From contig CAXXUA010000006.1 in the NCBI GenBank assembly GCA_963663765.2, positions 32,001-96,000 on the forward strand: a stretch of 64,000 nt of DNA, written 5' to 3'. The stretch is from Candidatus Poribacteria bacterium (lineage in GTDB: Bacteria; Poribacteria; WGA-4E; WGA-3G). Both the position numbers and the translations under genes were made by a program. A model generated the notes under the pieces. It worked only from the letters and a program-made list of their open reading frames with translations, made no database searches and was not told the DNA's origin. Numbering within the stretch: the first letter of the stretch is position 1; the number at the start of each line of letters is the position of its first letter. Below, piece after piece: positions 42,983 through 53,893 of this stretch.

Positions 42983-44295
42983 AGGGTTATTTAGTTTTAA
43001 AAACTCTCAGTTATCAAGTTAACTGCGAGTTTAGGTTTTGAAGCTAAGTATTTTATCTCATCTGCTATACGCGTTATCCCAGCAAATCGCAACACTGCTA
43101 ATGCTGTATTTCGCAAAGCAGCCATGATTTGTGGAATAGCACCGCATCGGACAGACGATGCGTCTTCTCCAAGTTGTGTATCACGCATCCAATGCGACTT
43201 GTTCTCTATTGACCAATGCCCACGGCGTAGCTCAAGTAAACGTTGGGCAGAAGTTTCTTCGGGTGTCAGACTTGTAATACCATAATGGATTTTGGTTTTT
43301 TCTTCTCCTGTTTCGTATTTTTGTAAGTATAACGATATTGGAACACTTGTGCTATACCTGGCCAATCCAGATATGCGTTGAGACTTGTGCTTGCTTTCAA
43401 ACACCTTGTCTCTATTCTACCATGTGATTTTTCAGAAGTCTCGTGAGTGTAAATAGGGGCTCCCAATTTAGGATGTGGTGTGTTATCAGAAAGCGTGTCT
43501 GGAACGTCTTGAAAGAGTTTTTGGATCTCATCGTAAAGGTCCGGTTGGTTCTTTTTGACAGGGAGCACATAGTCTCCATTACCCTCTATGATGGCGTGGC
43601 AGAATGGTCGCTGTGTCAAAAGTGCGTCTGTTGTGATGACTTTACCACTCACATCAAAGTTTTTGAGGATCTCTGTTGAGATCGGTATTTCGTTGGTTTT
43701 ATCACTGACACCTTTTTGTGTAAGTGTGACGCCTAACTCATGAGACACAACAGAGAGTAAATGGCTTATTGTCGCACCACTTTTCTTACTGGCACGCATC
43801 GTTTTACCGTCTATAGCGACTGCGTCAAGACAACCTTCTAAATCAGGTCGACTTTGACAAACGTCTTCTACCCAGTCTGTAAATGTCTTTTCAACAGCAT
43901 CAGCATCTAAATCTTTTAGAACATTATGTATTGTTGCGGGACAAGGTGTTTTCTTATGTGTAAAACCGAGTGTTCTTGCGAGGTCTGGTTGGGTTCGGGC
44001 CCAAGTTGCGATGGATGTATATCCTTTATGTCCAGTCATAAAACCAATAATGTTAAGTCCGATGATTGATTTCAATGGGTGTCGTTTTCCTTTATTGTTG
44101 CGCGGGTCTTGGATTTCTGCTAATCTATCTAACAAGTGTCGAGAGTTTTTCTCTGGCATTTTTCACCTCAAAGGTAAGATTTTTTAGGTGAAGTATAGCA
44201 GATATAGCGCGATAAATCACGCTATATCTGCATATCCAAAAATATTAACGATTGTGATAAAAAACAACCAAAACTCCTAAAACTAAATAACCCTG
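42983..44295 (-). mobile_element. ISAs1-family insertion sequence
   Basis: 18-bp TIR CAGGGTTATTTAGTTTTA; 9-bp TSD TACATAATG at 42974-42982 and 44296-44304. Confidence 0.9.
42997..44159 (-). pseudogene. ISAs1-family transposase, frameshifted near 43312
   Basis: DPR..GKRHPL, AIDGKT, DALLTQ, EKSHGRIETR in ORF1; YGITSL..RGHWSIEN in ORF2; one missing A restores KNTKTGEEK. Confidence 0.82.
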
Positions 44296-44303
44296 TACAT
44301 AAT

Positions 44304-45762
44304 GGGTGTGTAAAGTTTTTGGCATGGACATCATGCTGCTTTTGTGTTTGGATACCAATATCTGTCCCAAGCCTTATTCTTTGACAAACATCTCCACTTT
44401 AGCACAGCATTGATGCCCGGTTGCTCCCATCTCATAGCTGCTTGTTTACACCTTTCTCCGACAACATGTTTACATGCACTTTCAATCACACCACTTCCAA
44501 TCATATACCCTTTTTCTCTAAACGCTTTATACTGCATGCGGTTTGCATGTTTTTCAAAATATCTTGCTTCTCTTTCTAAACTCTCTGACACCTCTGCGTG
44601 CTGTGTGGCTAAGGCACGAATGCTTGAGGCAACTTCTGCGATGTTCCCATCATGCAGAAAACATTCTGTTTCTTTTATCCACGCTTCAAACAGCTCCGTT
44701 TCTGTCTCTTCAAACACAAGTTTCGCAACATCATACAGATGAGACACGGCGTGTGGATAATCCACAATCTGAACAGCATTCGGAAAGTATTCTTTACAAA
44801 GGTTCCAAATCCACGCAGCACCATCTCCGATAAATACAATCTCTTGTGTATTTATATCTTTTTGATAGATGCCACTTTGTAGTGCTAACGCATACAACTT
44901 TTTACCAAATGCGGCGGCATTTTGACGACCCGCAACATACCGAATACTTTCTGTTCTCACACTCGGGGTCCCACCCGAAACAGGTTGTGGATAATCTCTG
45001 TAAATACACCCCACTTTCACCTCTTTCCACCCATCCGGAGAGTTCGTGTGGCACCCATCGCAACTCACATACCAACGCTGATTTTCCGCAAGTTCTTGAG
45101 CCTCTACTTGTTCACATACATCCAAATCTTCTGCCAACTTACACACACTTTGATGAAGTGTCGTGTGACTCACTTCTATCCCTTGATGAGACAACTCCTC
45201 TGATGCTTCCCTATAGTCAAGCCACGCAGACAAACGACACATCGCTTCAACAACACGATGCGTGTATTGATCCGATAACTTCTGTTTGACTTCCCACGGG
45301 GCATGCCTATGTCCGTGTTCACAACAATACACCCAACGGCTTGGACTTATTTTGCCACAAAGAGTTGTTAGATGTTTCGCACGCTTGCGTAATGGACGAC
45401 AAGGTGCTTGACACTCTGGACATTCAACAGGTTCACTCTCTTTCTTACCTGCCTTTTTAGACACACACACTTCTAAAAACTTTTGTTCAAGAGAACGAAA
45501 TTCTTCGGAAACACGAACTTCAACATCATCTAAAGATAAACTCTCGTCAGCATCAATGTCTCCATAGAGATCGGTTACTTCTTTGACAATCTTTCTAAAA
45601 TCATCTTCACAATCATTGCTTTCATGAACACTTAATGATATACTTGACATTGGTATCCTCTCCTAAAATTGAAATTTATTTATTAGGTTAGGATACCATG
45701 TGTATACATTCTGAGCAAGAACTCCTTTCAAGGCATTTTCATGCCAAAAACTTTACACACCC
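44304..45762 (-). mobile_element. ISKra4-family insertion sequence (second, divergent)
   Basis: 23-bp TIR GGGTGTGTAAAGTTTTTGGCATG; TSD TTACATAAT at 45763-45771 and 42973-42981 (left copy split by the later ISAs1). Confidence 0.88.
44331..45650 (-). CDS. ISKra4-family DDE transposase
   Basis: Clear paralog of 7660-8976 (SCDG, IGDGAAWIW, IGSGVIESACK). Confidence 0.88.
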   Translation of the reverse strand: MSSISLSVHESNDCEDDFRKIVKEVTDLYGDIDADESLSLDDVEVRVSEEFRSLEQKFLEVCVSKKAGKKESEPVECPECQAPCRPLRKRAKHLTTLCGKISPSRWVYCCEHGHRHAPWEVKQKLSDQYTHRVVEAMCRLSAWLDYREASEELSHQGIEVSHTTLHQSVCKLAEDLDVCEQVEAQELAENQRWYVSCDGCHTNSPDGWKEVKVGCIYRDYPQPVSGGTPSVRTESIRYVAGRQNAAAFGKKLYALALQSGIYQKDINTQEIVFIGDGAAWIWNLCKEYFPNAVQIVDYPHAVSHLYDVAKLVFEETETELFEAWIKETECFLHDGNIAEVASSIRALATQHAEVSESLEREARYFEKHANRMQYKAFREKGYMIGSGVIESACKHVVGERCKQAAMRWEQPGINAVLKWRCLSKNKAWDRYWYPNTKAA

Positions 45763-45871
45763 TTACATAATGGATGTGTAAAGTTTTTGCACAAACATCC
45801 CACTCTCCATTGTAGGACAGTCTCTGTACCCCGCCGCAACTGATTAAATGAGAGATTGCGGACACAGAGTC

Positions 45872-46013
45872 CTAATGAGTTTTGACGTTCAAGTTGTGTA
45901 TTCGTAGGCGCGTGGTTTCCACACAAGATCTACGCAAACTCAAAAACCAAACGGGTTGGGGAACCCAACCCCTATGAATTCAACTACCGATTTTCATTGT
46001 CAAACTTCATTAG
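45872..46013. mobile_element. MITE with CTAATGA..TTTGAC termini carrying REP-like hairpins
   Basis: Inverted near-identical copy at 56846-56987. Confidence 0.7.
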
Positions 46014-47291
46014 GTGTCAATATAAAGAAATATTGCTAATATTAACCATATTCTTCAGTCCCGTAGGGACGATATGTTTATAGAAATACATATCCCCACG
46101 TCTTTTTAGTCCCGACAAATGCCATACGGGGAATGCCTTAATGGCATTCATACCCGGGGAATGCCAAAAGGCATTCATACCGTTGATTTCTTGATTTGGC
46201 GCATTTGGCGTTGATTTGGTAGGGACGATATGTTTATCCTTCTATGTCGTTCCTACGGAACTAAAGAGAGGGGATGTGATAACGTCTTTCTATAAACATA
46301 TCGTCCCTACGGGACTAAAGACCGATGTTCAGGTTTCAATAATCTAAAATTGATGTATAAGGTGCAGTTAGGAAACTGCATTTGGGTATTAACTTTCAGT
46401 AAATCAAAATAACAGAAAACTTTTAAAACTGAATAACCCTGACCAAAACGGAACTTTCTTTGCTCCAGCGGAGCAATATGTTTATAGTCACATTGTCAGC
46501 CCGCATCACCGCTCCAGCGGAGCGGTATGTTAGAGCCGCACATAACACTCCGCTGGAGCACATCATTTTCTCCAGTTTCACAAATGGACGAAACTCGGAG
46601 AAAAATAGACGTTCTGTTGAATAATCAACTTCTACAAGATGAAAATTGTCCAAACTACCTTGTTTTTGTCCAATGAATGTGGAAAACCATACCAACTATG
46701 AGCACACACAAACCCATACCCACATTGAGAAAATAATACCTCAAAAGGTAGCACAGAACTTGAACGAACCTTTCAAAGAAAAAGGAAACAAAAACTACGA
46801 TTTTTATCGCTTTTTCCGATACCAAAGATGCCTTGAAAATGTTGGTACCCAGTCATAATGTGGGTTTCAAAGGTAGGGTATCGTGATTTGAGACCTTTCG
46901 ATCCCTTTTGAAATCAGATAGGGACTGGGATTGATAACCTCTCATTGATCAACTGGATCCCGACATGTTTGGACGAAAACAAGGAAACTATAGTAGACGT
47001 TATGATAATTAAAAATACTTCAACGAAAACCTGAAGTTATTTTTATTTATGTAATTCTAACAATATCACAGAGCAATGGTAAATCAACACTATAGACTCA
47101 TTCAACTGAAGCACTCAAAAATGGCGAAGGTATTGTTATTTATTAATCTTCATACGAGACTAAAGACATGGACAAGATGGCATCACATAAAATTAACGGC
47201 AAAGCAATAAATCATCAAAAATACCAAAAACTAAATAACCCGTGTGGATGGTGCGTTAAGTTCTTTGGATTAATCGTTGCAATTCAAAATC

Positions 47292-47942
47292 TCAGATTAG
47301 TTCCCGGATTTTATCACGAAAATAACAGAAACTTGGTGACTTGTTATTATTGATGTCCATATATGGTGTAATATTTCTTGCCCACTCTGATTTTTCCTTA
47401 CCGATTATAAACCAAGGCTCATTTTCAAGCACATTTGACCCTCCAGGATATATTGCATCAGCCAGATTTTCCCACGTATTGCAAATGGAGTCATTTTGAT
47501 AACTATTCAGGATGTTGGTTTTCGCTTTTGGATAAGCTTTCTTGATTGCGGTGAGATCACCAAGAAACCATGCTTCACCTTCTTCAATAGCAATGCAAAA
47601 TCGAGTTTTTGGTTTATGATTACATGCATTTAGGACAGAATTAAGTTCTTGTCGAAATGTTTTTAAGCACTTTCTATCTAAATCACAAACTACTATTAAA
47701 ACAGCTGGAAAGTTGTGAGGGTAATTGGAAAATGTTTTACCGTATCCATTGAGCAAGTTTGGAAGGCGGTCAAGTAAGATGCGTTTACTCGCGTCAGTGT
47801 GCCCTTGTAGATCTTTAGGAATGTGACCGATTCCTCGGTAACTATGGATTTTGTATGTATGTTGGTTGCCAATAATCTTTCGCATCAGAACTTTAAGTGT
47901 CTTTTCACCAGATTGATCTTCAACCAATATTTCAAAATGCAC
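47292..47942 (-). CDS. DUF4276-like TOPRIM-fold protein
   Basis: ILVEDQSG, VVCDLD, IEEGEAWFLGD, N.SPSF motifs. Confidence 0.72.
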   Translation of the reverse strand: MHFEILVEDQSGEKTLKVLMRKIIGNQHTYKIHSYRGIGHIPKDLQGHTDASKRILLDRLPNLLNGYGKTFSNYPHNFPAVLIVVCDLDRKCLKTFRQELNSVLNACNHKPKTRFCIAIEEGEAWFLGDLTAIKKAYPKAKTNILNSYQNDSICNTWENLADAIYPGGSNVLENEPWFIIGKEKSEWARNITPYMDINNNKSPSFCYFRDKIRELI

Positions 47943-47945
47943 TTA

Positions 47946-49316
47946 TCACCTCGGGTCAAGATAATCGCTGTACCAGAGTCCACCCAAGGGTAATCCTTCT
48001 TCCACAAGATTGTTTACAAGCGGATCTTCGCTTGCTCGGTGGATTTTGGAAAAACCGTCTTCACCCTTTTCCAAAATCCAAACCTCTTTTGGGTCCAATG
48101 CATCAATGAAGTATGGTTGATGCGTCGTAACAAAAACTTGCGAGCCACCTTTGCGTCCCGTTGCATGTGCTCGGAATTCAGTGGCGAGAATCTCCAAAAG
48201 TTTGTGATATAGGTAGTTTTCCGGTTCTTCAATGCAGAGAAAAGGTGGTGACGTTGGTGCTTCCAGCATTAGGAGATAGGCAAACAATTTTAGTGTTCCA
48301 TCGGACATCTGCTGTGCGTAAAATGGGTCTTGAAAACCTTTTTCGTTGAATCTAAGTAACAACTTATTGTCTTCTGTCTTTTTAGTGTCAATTTTTTCTA
48401 TACCTGGAATTTTTTCTGCGATTTTTTTTAGAATTACTTGGAAACGTCGAGGGTGTTCGCCCTCCATAAATTGAGCAAAGTTTCTTAGGTTATTACCTTG
48501 TTTATTGAGATATTCTTGCGGACCAGCAAATTGTAAGTTACGTGCTGCATCTGGAGAGAAGTAACTAAGAAACCATCCTTCAATGAAACGGCGGAAGGCA
48601 GAAATTCTCGGATGCTGTTTTAAGGCACCGAGCGTAGCAATACCAAGTTTTCGAGGATTATCCAATTCAATAGTCTCTGTTTCACTTGACTCCTCTGCTT
48701 TTATAGATTCAAGAGCAGCTTGTAGATCTAGGTTGAATTGAATGGCTAAATCTTCATTGTCTTTTTCAATCTGGAATCCTTCTTGAACATCAGTTTCTTT
48801 GGACACTTCTGATCCAATGGATTTAATTAGTTCTTTCAGGTCGTTAAATTGGTACCCGTCTTGATTACCTTTCCATACCACGCCACTTCCATTAATAAGA
48901 TCTAAAAAAGAGAAAGGTTGGCCGTATTTCTGATTCTTTCGTCTCTGTCTGAGTCTTTCATAGCGAACATAAGGACGTCCTACACTGTCAGGTGCAATAG
49001 CAATTTTGTATGTAATAGGTCTTGCATTTCCATGTTCTCTATAATATACATCAAATTCAATAGGACCTATTGCACCTTGTGACCGAATTCTCTCAAACCC
49101 CCCGCGCTCATCACATGCTGCCTCAACATCAAATTTTAGGGCATCTGCTAGGAAACCAAACGCATCAAATAGTGTAGTCTTACCAACTCCATTTTTTCCA
49201 ATTATTGTTGTTATGGGAGTGAGTGCTTCTGTTTTTTTTTGGCCCTGTAGCCGCCCTAGTGTTACATCATTGAGGACTCCATAGTTTCTTACTCTAAAAC
49301 CTTCTAATATTGCCAT
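47946..49316 (-). CDS. ABC-type AAA ATPase (AAA_21-like)
   Basis: GKNGVGKT, MSDGTLK, IEEPENYL, VTTHQP. Confidence 0.85.
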   Translation of the reverse strand: MAILEGFRVRNYGVLNDVTLGRLQGQKKTEALTPITTIIGKNGVGKTTLFDAFGFLADALKFDVEAACDERGGFERIRSQGAIGPIEFDVYYREHGNARPITYKIAIAPDSVGRPYVRYERLRQRRKNQKYGQPFSFLDLINGSGVVWKGNQDGYQFNDLKELIKSIGSEVSKETDVQEGFQIEKDNEDLAIQFNLDLQAALESIKAEESSETETIELDNPRKLGIATLGALKQHPRISAFRRFIEGWFLSYFSPDAARNLQFAGPQEYLNKQGNNLRNFAQFMEGEHPRRFQVILKKIAEKIPGIEKIDTKKTEDNKLLLRFNEKGFQDPFYAQQMSDGTLKLFAYLLMLEAPTSPPFLCIEEPENYLYHKLLEILATEFRAHATGRKGGSQVFVTTHQPYFIDALDPKEVWILEKGEDGFSKIHRASEDPLVNNLVEEGLPLGGLWYSDYLDPR

Positions 49317-49357
49317 TTGATAATCTTCCTTGAGTGAGTTCCTAATGTAAGTATGAA

Positions 49358-49690
49358 CTATCTCGGATTACACGGGGTGTGGTTAGCAGCAAGAAGATCT
49401 ACCTCCTTCTTTAAACGGGAACTAGCATCATCGTCTTGATGAACACATATACAATTTACTCCATTCCTTAGTGCACAAGGCCACTTCTCGTGATATGGGA
49501 TTCTTTCCTCCAGTGAATTTGTTTGACCGATATATATAAACGTGTGTGTTCCCCTTCCATCGGATCCAACTACACGCTTTGAGAATATGTAAACTGCTCC
49601 AACATCGATGAAAACTGTGTCCGTGGTATAAACCCCAAAATTGTAAGTACCTGTCTTACCTTGAAAGGTTGCATCAGCTATTTTTCCCAT
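49358..49690 (-). CDS. Small GIY-YIG nuclease-like protein
   Basis: GAVYIF...IYIGQT..L.ER..H...E..L....P.CN pattern. Confidence 0.65.
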   Translation of the reverse strand: MGKIADATFQGKTGTYNFGVYTTDTVFIDVGAVYIFSKRVVGSDGRGTHTFIYIGQTNSLEERIPYHEKWPCALRNGVNCICVHQDDDASSRLKKEVDLLAANHTPCNPR

Positions 49691-49908
49691 ATTGTTGTCC
49701 TATATCAAAACTTTTTAGAAAATTAAATATTCAGATTATCGGTGATATAAAGGATTCTTGTGAACATTGTGACAATATTGGACATTATACCACTTCAAGT
49801 CACTTTTGAAAACTAAAATTGTTCATTTTGTAGCACATGCAGGTGAACGAATTTCTAATACGAAAAATAAAGGTTTTAAGTGTTTAATTCTCAACAATCG
49901 GTATCGGT

Positions 49909-52900
49909 CTAATCATCTGCGGGGACGGCAGCACCTAATAGTTCTTCATCAGAAACGGGGCGGAAACGTGCTTCTGGGTCTTTGAGGAAAAATGCCCGAA
50001 GGTCAGTGATGATTGCATATAATGCAGGCATGACAAACAACGTCATCAACGTTGCAAATGCAAGTCCGAAGATAATGGTATATGCCATCGGCATCCAGAT
50101 CGGAGATTTTCCACCTAATCCAAGTGCCATTGGGATAAGTCCGATAATTGTCGTCATTGATGTCAATATAATTGGACGCAAGCGGATACTCCCCCCTTTC
50201 AGAATAGCATACCATCGGTTGTGTCCTCGTTCTCTGAATTTGTTGATAAAGTCTATCATTACAATAGAATCATTAACGACGATTCCTGCGAGTGCGACTA
50301 TACCAAACATTGCAATCATGCTGAGCGTTGCATTAGAAATCAGCAATCCAACCATCGCCCCTATCATACCGAAGGGTACCGCAAAGAGAATGATTATGGG
50401 TTGCGTAAATGACTTGAATTGTGCACCTAATATCATATAGATAACCAGGATTCCGACAATGAAGAGTTTCTGTAGGTCTGCGAATGATTCCCGGATTTCA
50501 TCAAAAACACCTCTAAAATCCAACCGATATCCTGGGTATAACGATTCTATATTTGCAAACGACGTCATCAATGCTTCGGTCACTGCAAATGGAGTGGTTT
50601 TATCTCTATCAACGGTGGCATAAACAGAAATTGCACGTTCACCTTCAAACCGTCGGATATCCGAATAACCTTTTTCTTCAACGATATGCGCAACATCCTT
50701 AAGAGGCACTGTTGTCCCCATAGGAGTTGTAATCAGCATATCCTTTATTTGTTCAATTGTCTGTAAGCGATTTTCATCATATTTGACGATGACATCAATT
50801 GCGTCATCCGCTTCACGATATGTTGTAGCTTTTGCGCCTTCAATTGCTGTCCGAACAGTCTGTGCAACTTGTAGCGTTGACATACCGAAATATGCAGCTT
50901 TTTCAGATTTCAAATAGATGCGTAATTCTGATTTACCTATACGAAAATCGTCCCGAATGTCTTCGACACCATCAATCTCACCAAGTGTTCCCTTAAGTCT
51001 TTCAGCAATTTCTACCAATTGTTCAAATTTATCACCTTTGACTTTCACTTCAACATCCTGTCCTTGGGGTGGTCCTCCTTGCAGTTTGACAAAGTTTAGT
51101 TTTTCGATTCCACTGATGTTAGTAGTTTTTTCCCTTAAAGAAGCAATGACTTCATCAGTATTTCGTTTACGTTCACTCTTGGGTACAAGTTCTACGATAA
51201 GTTCTGCATAATTTGAGCCGTAAGTGATTCCCTCAAGAAGTCCAGAAGTAGGTGTATGCAGTCCGATATTTGTGACTATTGCATCGACCTCATCTTCAGG
51301 CAGTTGACCTGCTGCTTCCTCAACTTTGGCAATTGCCTCCGTTGTTTGTTGTATCCCATAAGATGGTGGCATTTCGGCTTTGACGTAGAATTGCGGAAAA
51401 TCTTCTCCCGGAAAGAGTTCTTTGTCAAGAAGTATGAACCCACTAGCACACACAATCAAACCGATAAAAAGCACACTACTTACAAAGATATATCGTTTTC
51501 GTATCGTAATTTTGAGAATTCTGACATATCGGTTCCGGATAAAATCAAAGATTGTCAGAAACCATGCAAAAAACCCAATGACGCGGATACTCGCAGTAAA
51601 AGCACCACGTGACCGAGTTCGCAGGTTTTCAAGTCTACTACGTCCAGTCCGTGTTCTGGCTTTACCCCATTCAGATACGTGTGCTGGCAAAATAACAAAG
51701 ACTTCAAAGAGAGAAGCGACCAAGACAATGATAGCCATTATCGGTACAATCCGCATAAACTGACCAGAAACACCGGACATAAACATCAAGGGACCAAAAG
51801 CACCAATAGTTGTCAAACTTGCAGCAACAACGGGCCAACCGACCTCTTCGGCACCACGAATAGCAGCAACTTTTGGAGATGCGCCTGCCTCAATATGACG
51901 ATATGTGTTCTCTATAACAACAATTGCATCGTCAACAACAATTCCAACAACCAAGATGAGACCAAACAGTGCCACGCCGCTTAGCGAGTAACCAGCAATT
52001 GACATGAACCAAAAAGTCGCCATAAATGCGACAGGAATACCAAGTGCTGCAAAGAGCGCATTTCGCCAGCCAATAAATAGGAACAGCATCAGTATAACAA
52101 GAATAAGTCCGAAAATAGCATTTGTTTCAAGAATACCCAACCTTTCTTTTAATATAACAGAATAATCATTGACTGGTGTTAGTACTGCACCCTCGGGTAA
52201 ATCGTTTTGCTTTTCTTTAACTAAATCACGTAGTTTTGCGACTAATGTGATTGTGTTCCCCTCACTTTTTTTCTGGACGCTCAGACTAATGGAGGGTTGT
52301 CCACTGATTCGAGAAAGCGTGCGTGCTTCCTCATAGGTAGAGGAAACTTTTGCAACATCGCGCAGACGAATCGGTGTTCCAGAAGGTTGTACTGCAATAA
52401 TCGTGTCCCCAATAATTTCCGTGTTTGAAAATTCGCCCATTGTGCGCACCATAAATTCGGAGTTGCCAATTTCCATGGTGCCTGCAGGTATATTTAAATT
52501 GCCAACTTGTAATGCTGTTGAGACTCTTTCAATCGGTAGGTTATATGCCTTTAAACGGTCTGGATCTACTTCAATCCATATCTCACGTTCACGTAATCCA
52601 GCAATTTGCACGGATGCAATATTCTTGATTTCTAATATCTCATCCCTAAGATCCTCAGCGATTTCTCGCATCTGTAACTCTGTAATGCTTCCTCCAACAA
52701 CGATAGTTAACATTGGAAAACCGGACGCTATGTCCAATTCAAGTACTGCTGGATCGTCTAAAATCTCCTCTGGTAAGTCATTAACTTGTTCAACAGCAGT
52801 TCTTAGATTCTCCATCTCCTTATCGAATTCACGATCACTCATCTCATCAAAATCAATAGTAATAATTGATCTTTCTTCTGAGGATGTAGAAAGCATTAAG

Positions 52901-53136
52901 TTTATTTTATTAACATTTTCTTCAATAGAATCCTCAATAGTTGCAGTAACGAGTTTTTCTACCTCTTCGGGAGATGCTCCCGGATACAAGGTTGTTACGG
53001 TCGCTGATTGGAGTGCAATTTCTGGTGTGAGTTCACGTGGTAGGTTTATCCATGCATACAACCCAAAAATGATGATAAGAATCATCAACATATTGGCAAA
53101 TACCGGGTTGTTCACAGACATTCTTGGAATGGACAT
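49909..53136 (-). CDS. RND efflux permease (AcrB/AcrD/AcrF family)
   Basis: YPGASPEEVE, GIVVDDAIVVIEN, RLRPIILT; two TM clusters; likely ATG at 53136. Confidence 0.92.
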   Translation of the reverse strand: MSIPRMSVNNPVFANMLMILIIIFGLYAWINLPRELTPEIALQSATVTTLYPGASPEEVEKLVTATIEDSIEENVNKINLMLSTSSEERSIITIDFDEMSDREFDKEMENLRTAVEQVNDLPEEILDDPAVLELDIASGFPMLTIVVGGSITELQMREIAEDLRDEILEIKNIASVQIAGLREREIWIEVDPDRLKAYNLPIERVSTALQVGNLNIPAGTMEIGNSEFMVRTMGEFSNTEIIGDTIIAVQPSGTPIRLRDVAKVSSTYEEARTLSRISGQPSISLSVQKKSEGNTITLVAKLRDLVKEKQNDLPEGAVLTPVNDYSVILKERLGILETNAIFGLILVILMLFLFIGWRNALFAALGIPVAFMATFWFMSIAGYSLSGVALFGLILVVGIVVDDAIVVIENTYRHIEAGASPKVAAIRGAEEVGWPVVAASLTTIGAFGPLMFMSGVSGQFMRIVPIMAIIVLVASLFEVFVILPAHVSEWGKARTRTGRSRLENLRTRSRGAFTASIRVIGFFAWFLTIFDFIRNRYVRILKITIRKRYIFVSSVLFIGLIVCASGFILLDKELFPGEDFPQFYVKAEMPPSYGIQQTTEAIAKVEEAAGQLPEDEVDAIVTNIGLHTPTSGLLEGITYGSNYAELIVELVPKSERKRNTDEVIASLREKTTNISGIEKLNFVKLQGGPPQGQDVEVKVKGDKFEQLVEIAERLKGTLGEIDGVEDIRDDFRIGKSELRIYLKSEKAAYFGMSTLQVAQTVRTAIEGAKATTYREADDAIDVIVKYDENRLQTIEQIKDMLITTPMGTTVPLKDVAHIVEEKGYSDIRRFEGERAISVYATVDRDKTTPFAVTEALMTSFANIESLYPGYRLDFRGVFDEIRESFADLQKLFIVGILVIYMILGAQFKSFTQPIIILFAVPFGMIGAMVGLLISNATLSMIAMFGIVALAGIVVNDSIVMIDFINKFRERGHNRWYAILKGGSIRLRPIILTSMTTIIGLIPMALGLGGKSPIWMPMAYTIIFGLAFATLMTLFVMPALYAIITDLRAFFLKDPEARFRPVSDEELLGAAVPADD

Positions 53137-53217
53137 GTTGGGAAATATTCTCCTTGATGTTATACTAGTGTTCAAGCATGTGTTTTCAAAATCATTTCAG
53201 TAATTGATTATCAATAC

Positions 53218-53339
53218 CAGGACTTACGCACCTAACGGTAGACGCGCTTTGTAAGCGCGCTGGAAACCGAAAAAATGCTGAAAATTACACCATTTTCGTC
53301 ATAATTCTTCATCAAATCATGAAAACTGCGTAAGTCCTG
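53218..53339. mobile_element. MITE, TIR CAGGACTTACGCA, 5-bp TSD AATAC
   Basis: TSD at 53213-53217 and 53340-53344; internal REP unit. Confidence 0.8.
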
Positions 53340-53413
53340 AATACGTAACTAAATATTGTATCATATTAAGTGAATAACTGACAAGAAACATTAATCATAA
53401 ATCATAGAGTGTG

Positions 53414-53809
53414 CAGGGTTATTTAGTTTTAAGAGTTTTCTGTTATTGAGATTTACTGAAAGTTAATATCCAGTTTCGGTTTCCTAACCGAACTTTATGC
53501 ATCAGTTTTAGATTATTGAAACATGAACATCGCTCTATAGTCCCGTAGGGACGATATGTTTATTCTTCTATGTCGTGCATTCGGAACTAAAGTGGGGTGG
53601 AAAACATTTTCTATAAACATATCGTCCCTAATGAAGATTAAAAAATACTTTGTGTAATTCTACTAATCCGCCTACAATCTGAAAAATATTTATTACCCGA
53701 TTAATAAATTAATCTTCATACGGGACTAAAGAACTAGACAAGATGGTATCCCATAAAATTAACGACATAGCAAAATAATACCAAAAATATTGAAAACTAA
53801 ATAACCCTG
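53414..53809. mobile_element. ISAs1-derived MITE with a nested TA-targeted mini-element (~53630-53720)
   Basis: TSD TAGAGTGTG at 53405-53413 and 53810-53818; inner ATGAAGATTAA..TTAATCTTCAT element splits CGTCCCTA^CGGGAC. Confidence 0.85.
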
Positions 53810-53893
53810 TAGAGTGTGTTTTCTTGTTGATGTAACTATCGTAAGTATGGTACAATTGCCATATCTTAAACACTTGGAGAGAAACCGATCCCT

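Noticed and set aside
43266-43404. Programmed frameshift in the ISAs1 transposase
   Set aside because: ISAs1 transposases are normally a single ORF; one missing A explains the break
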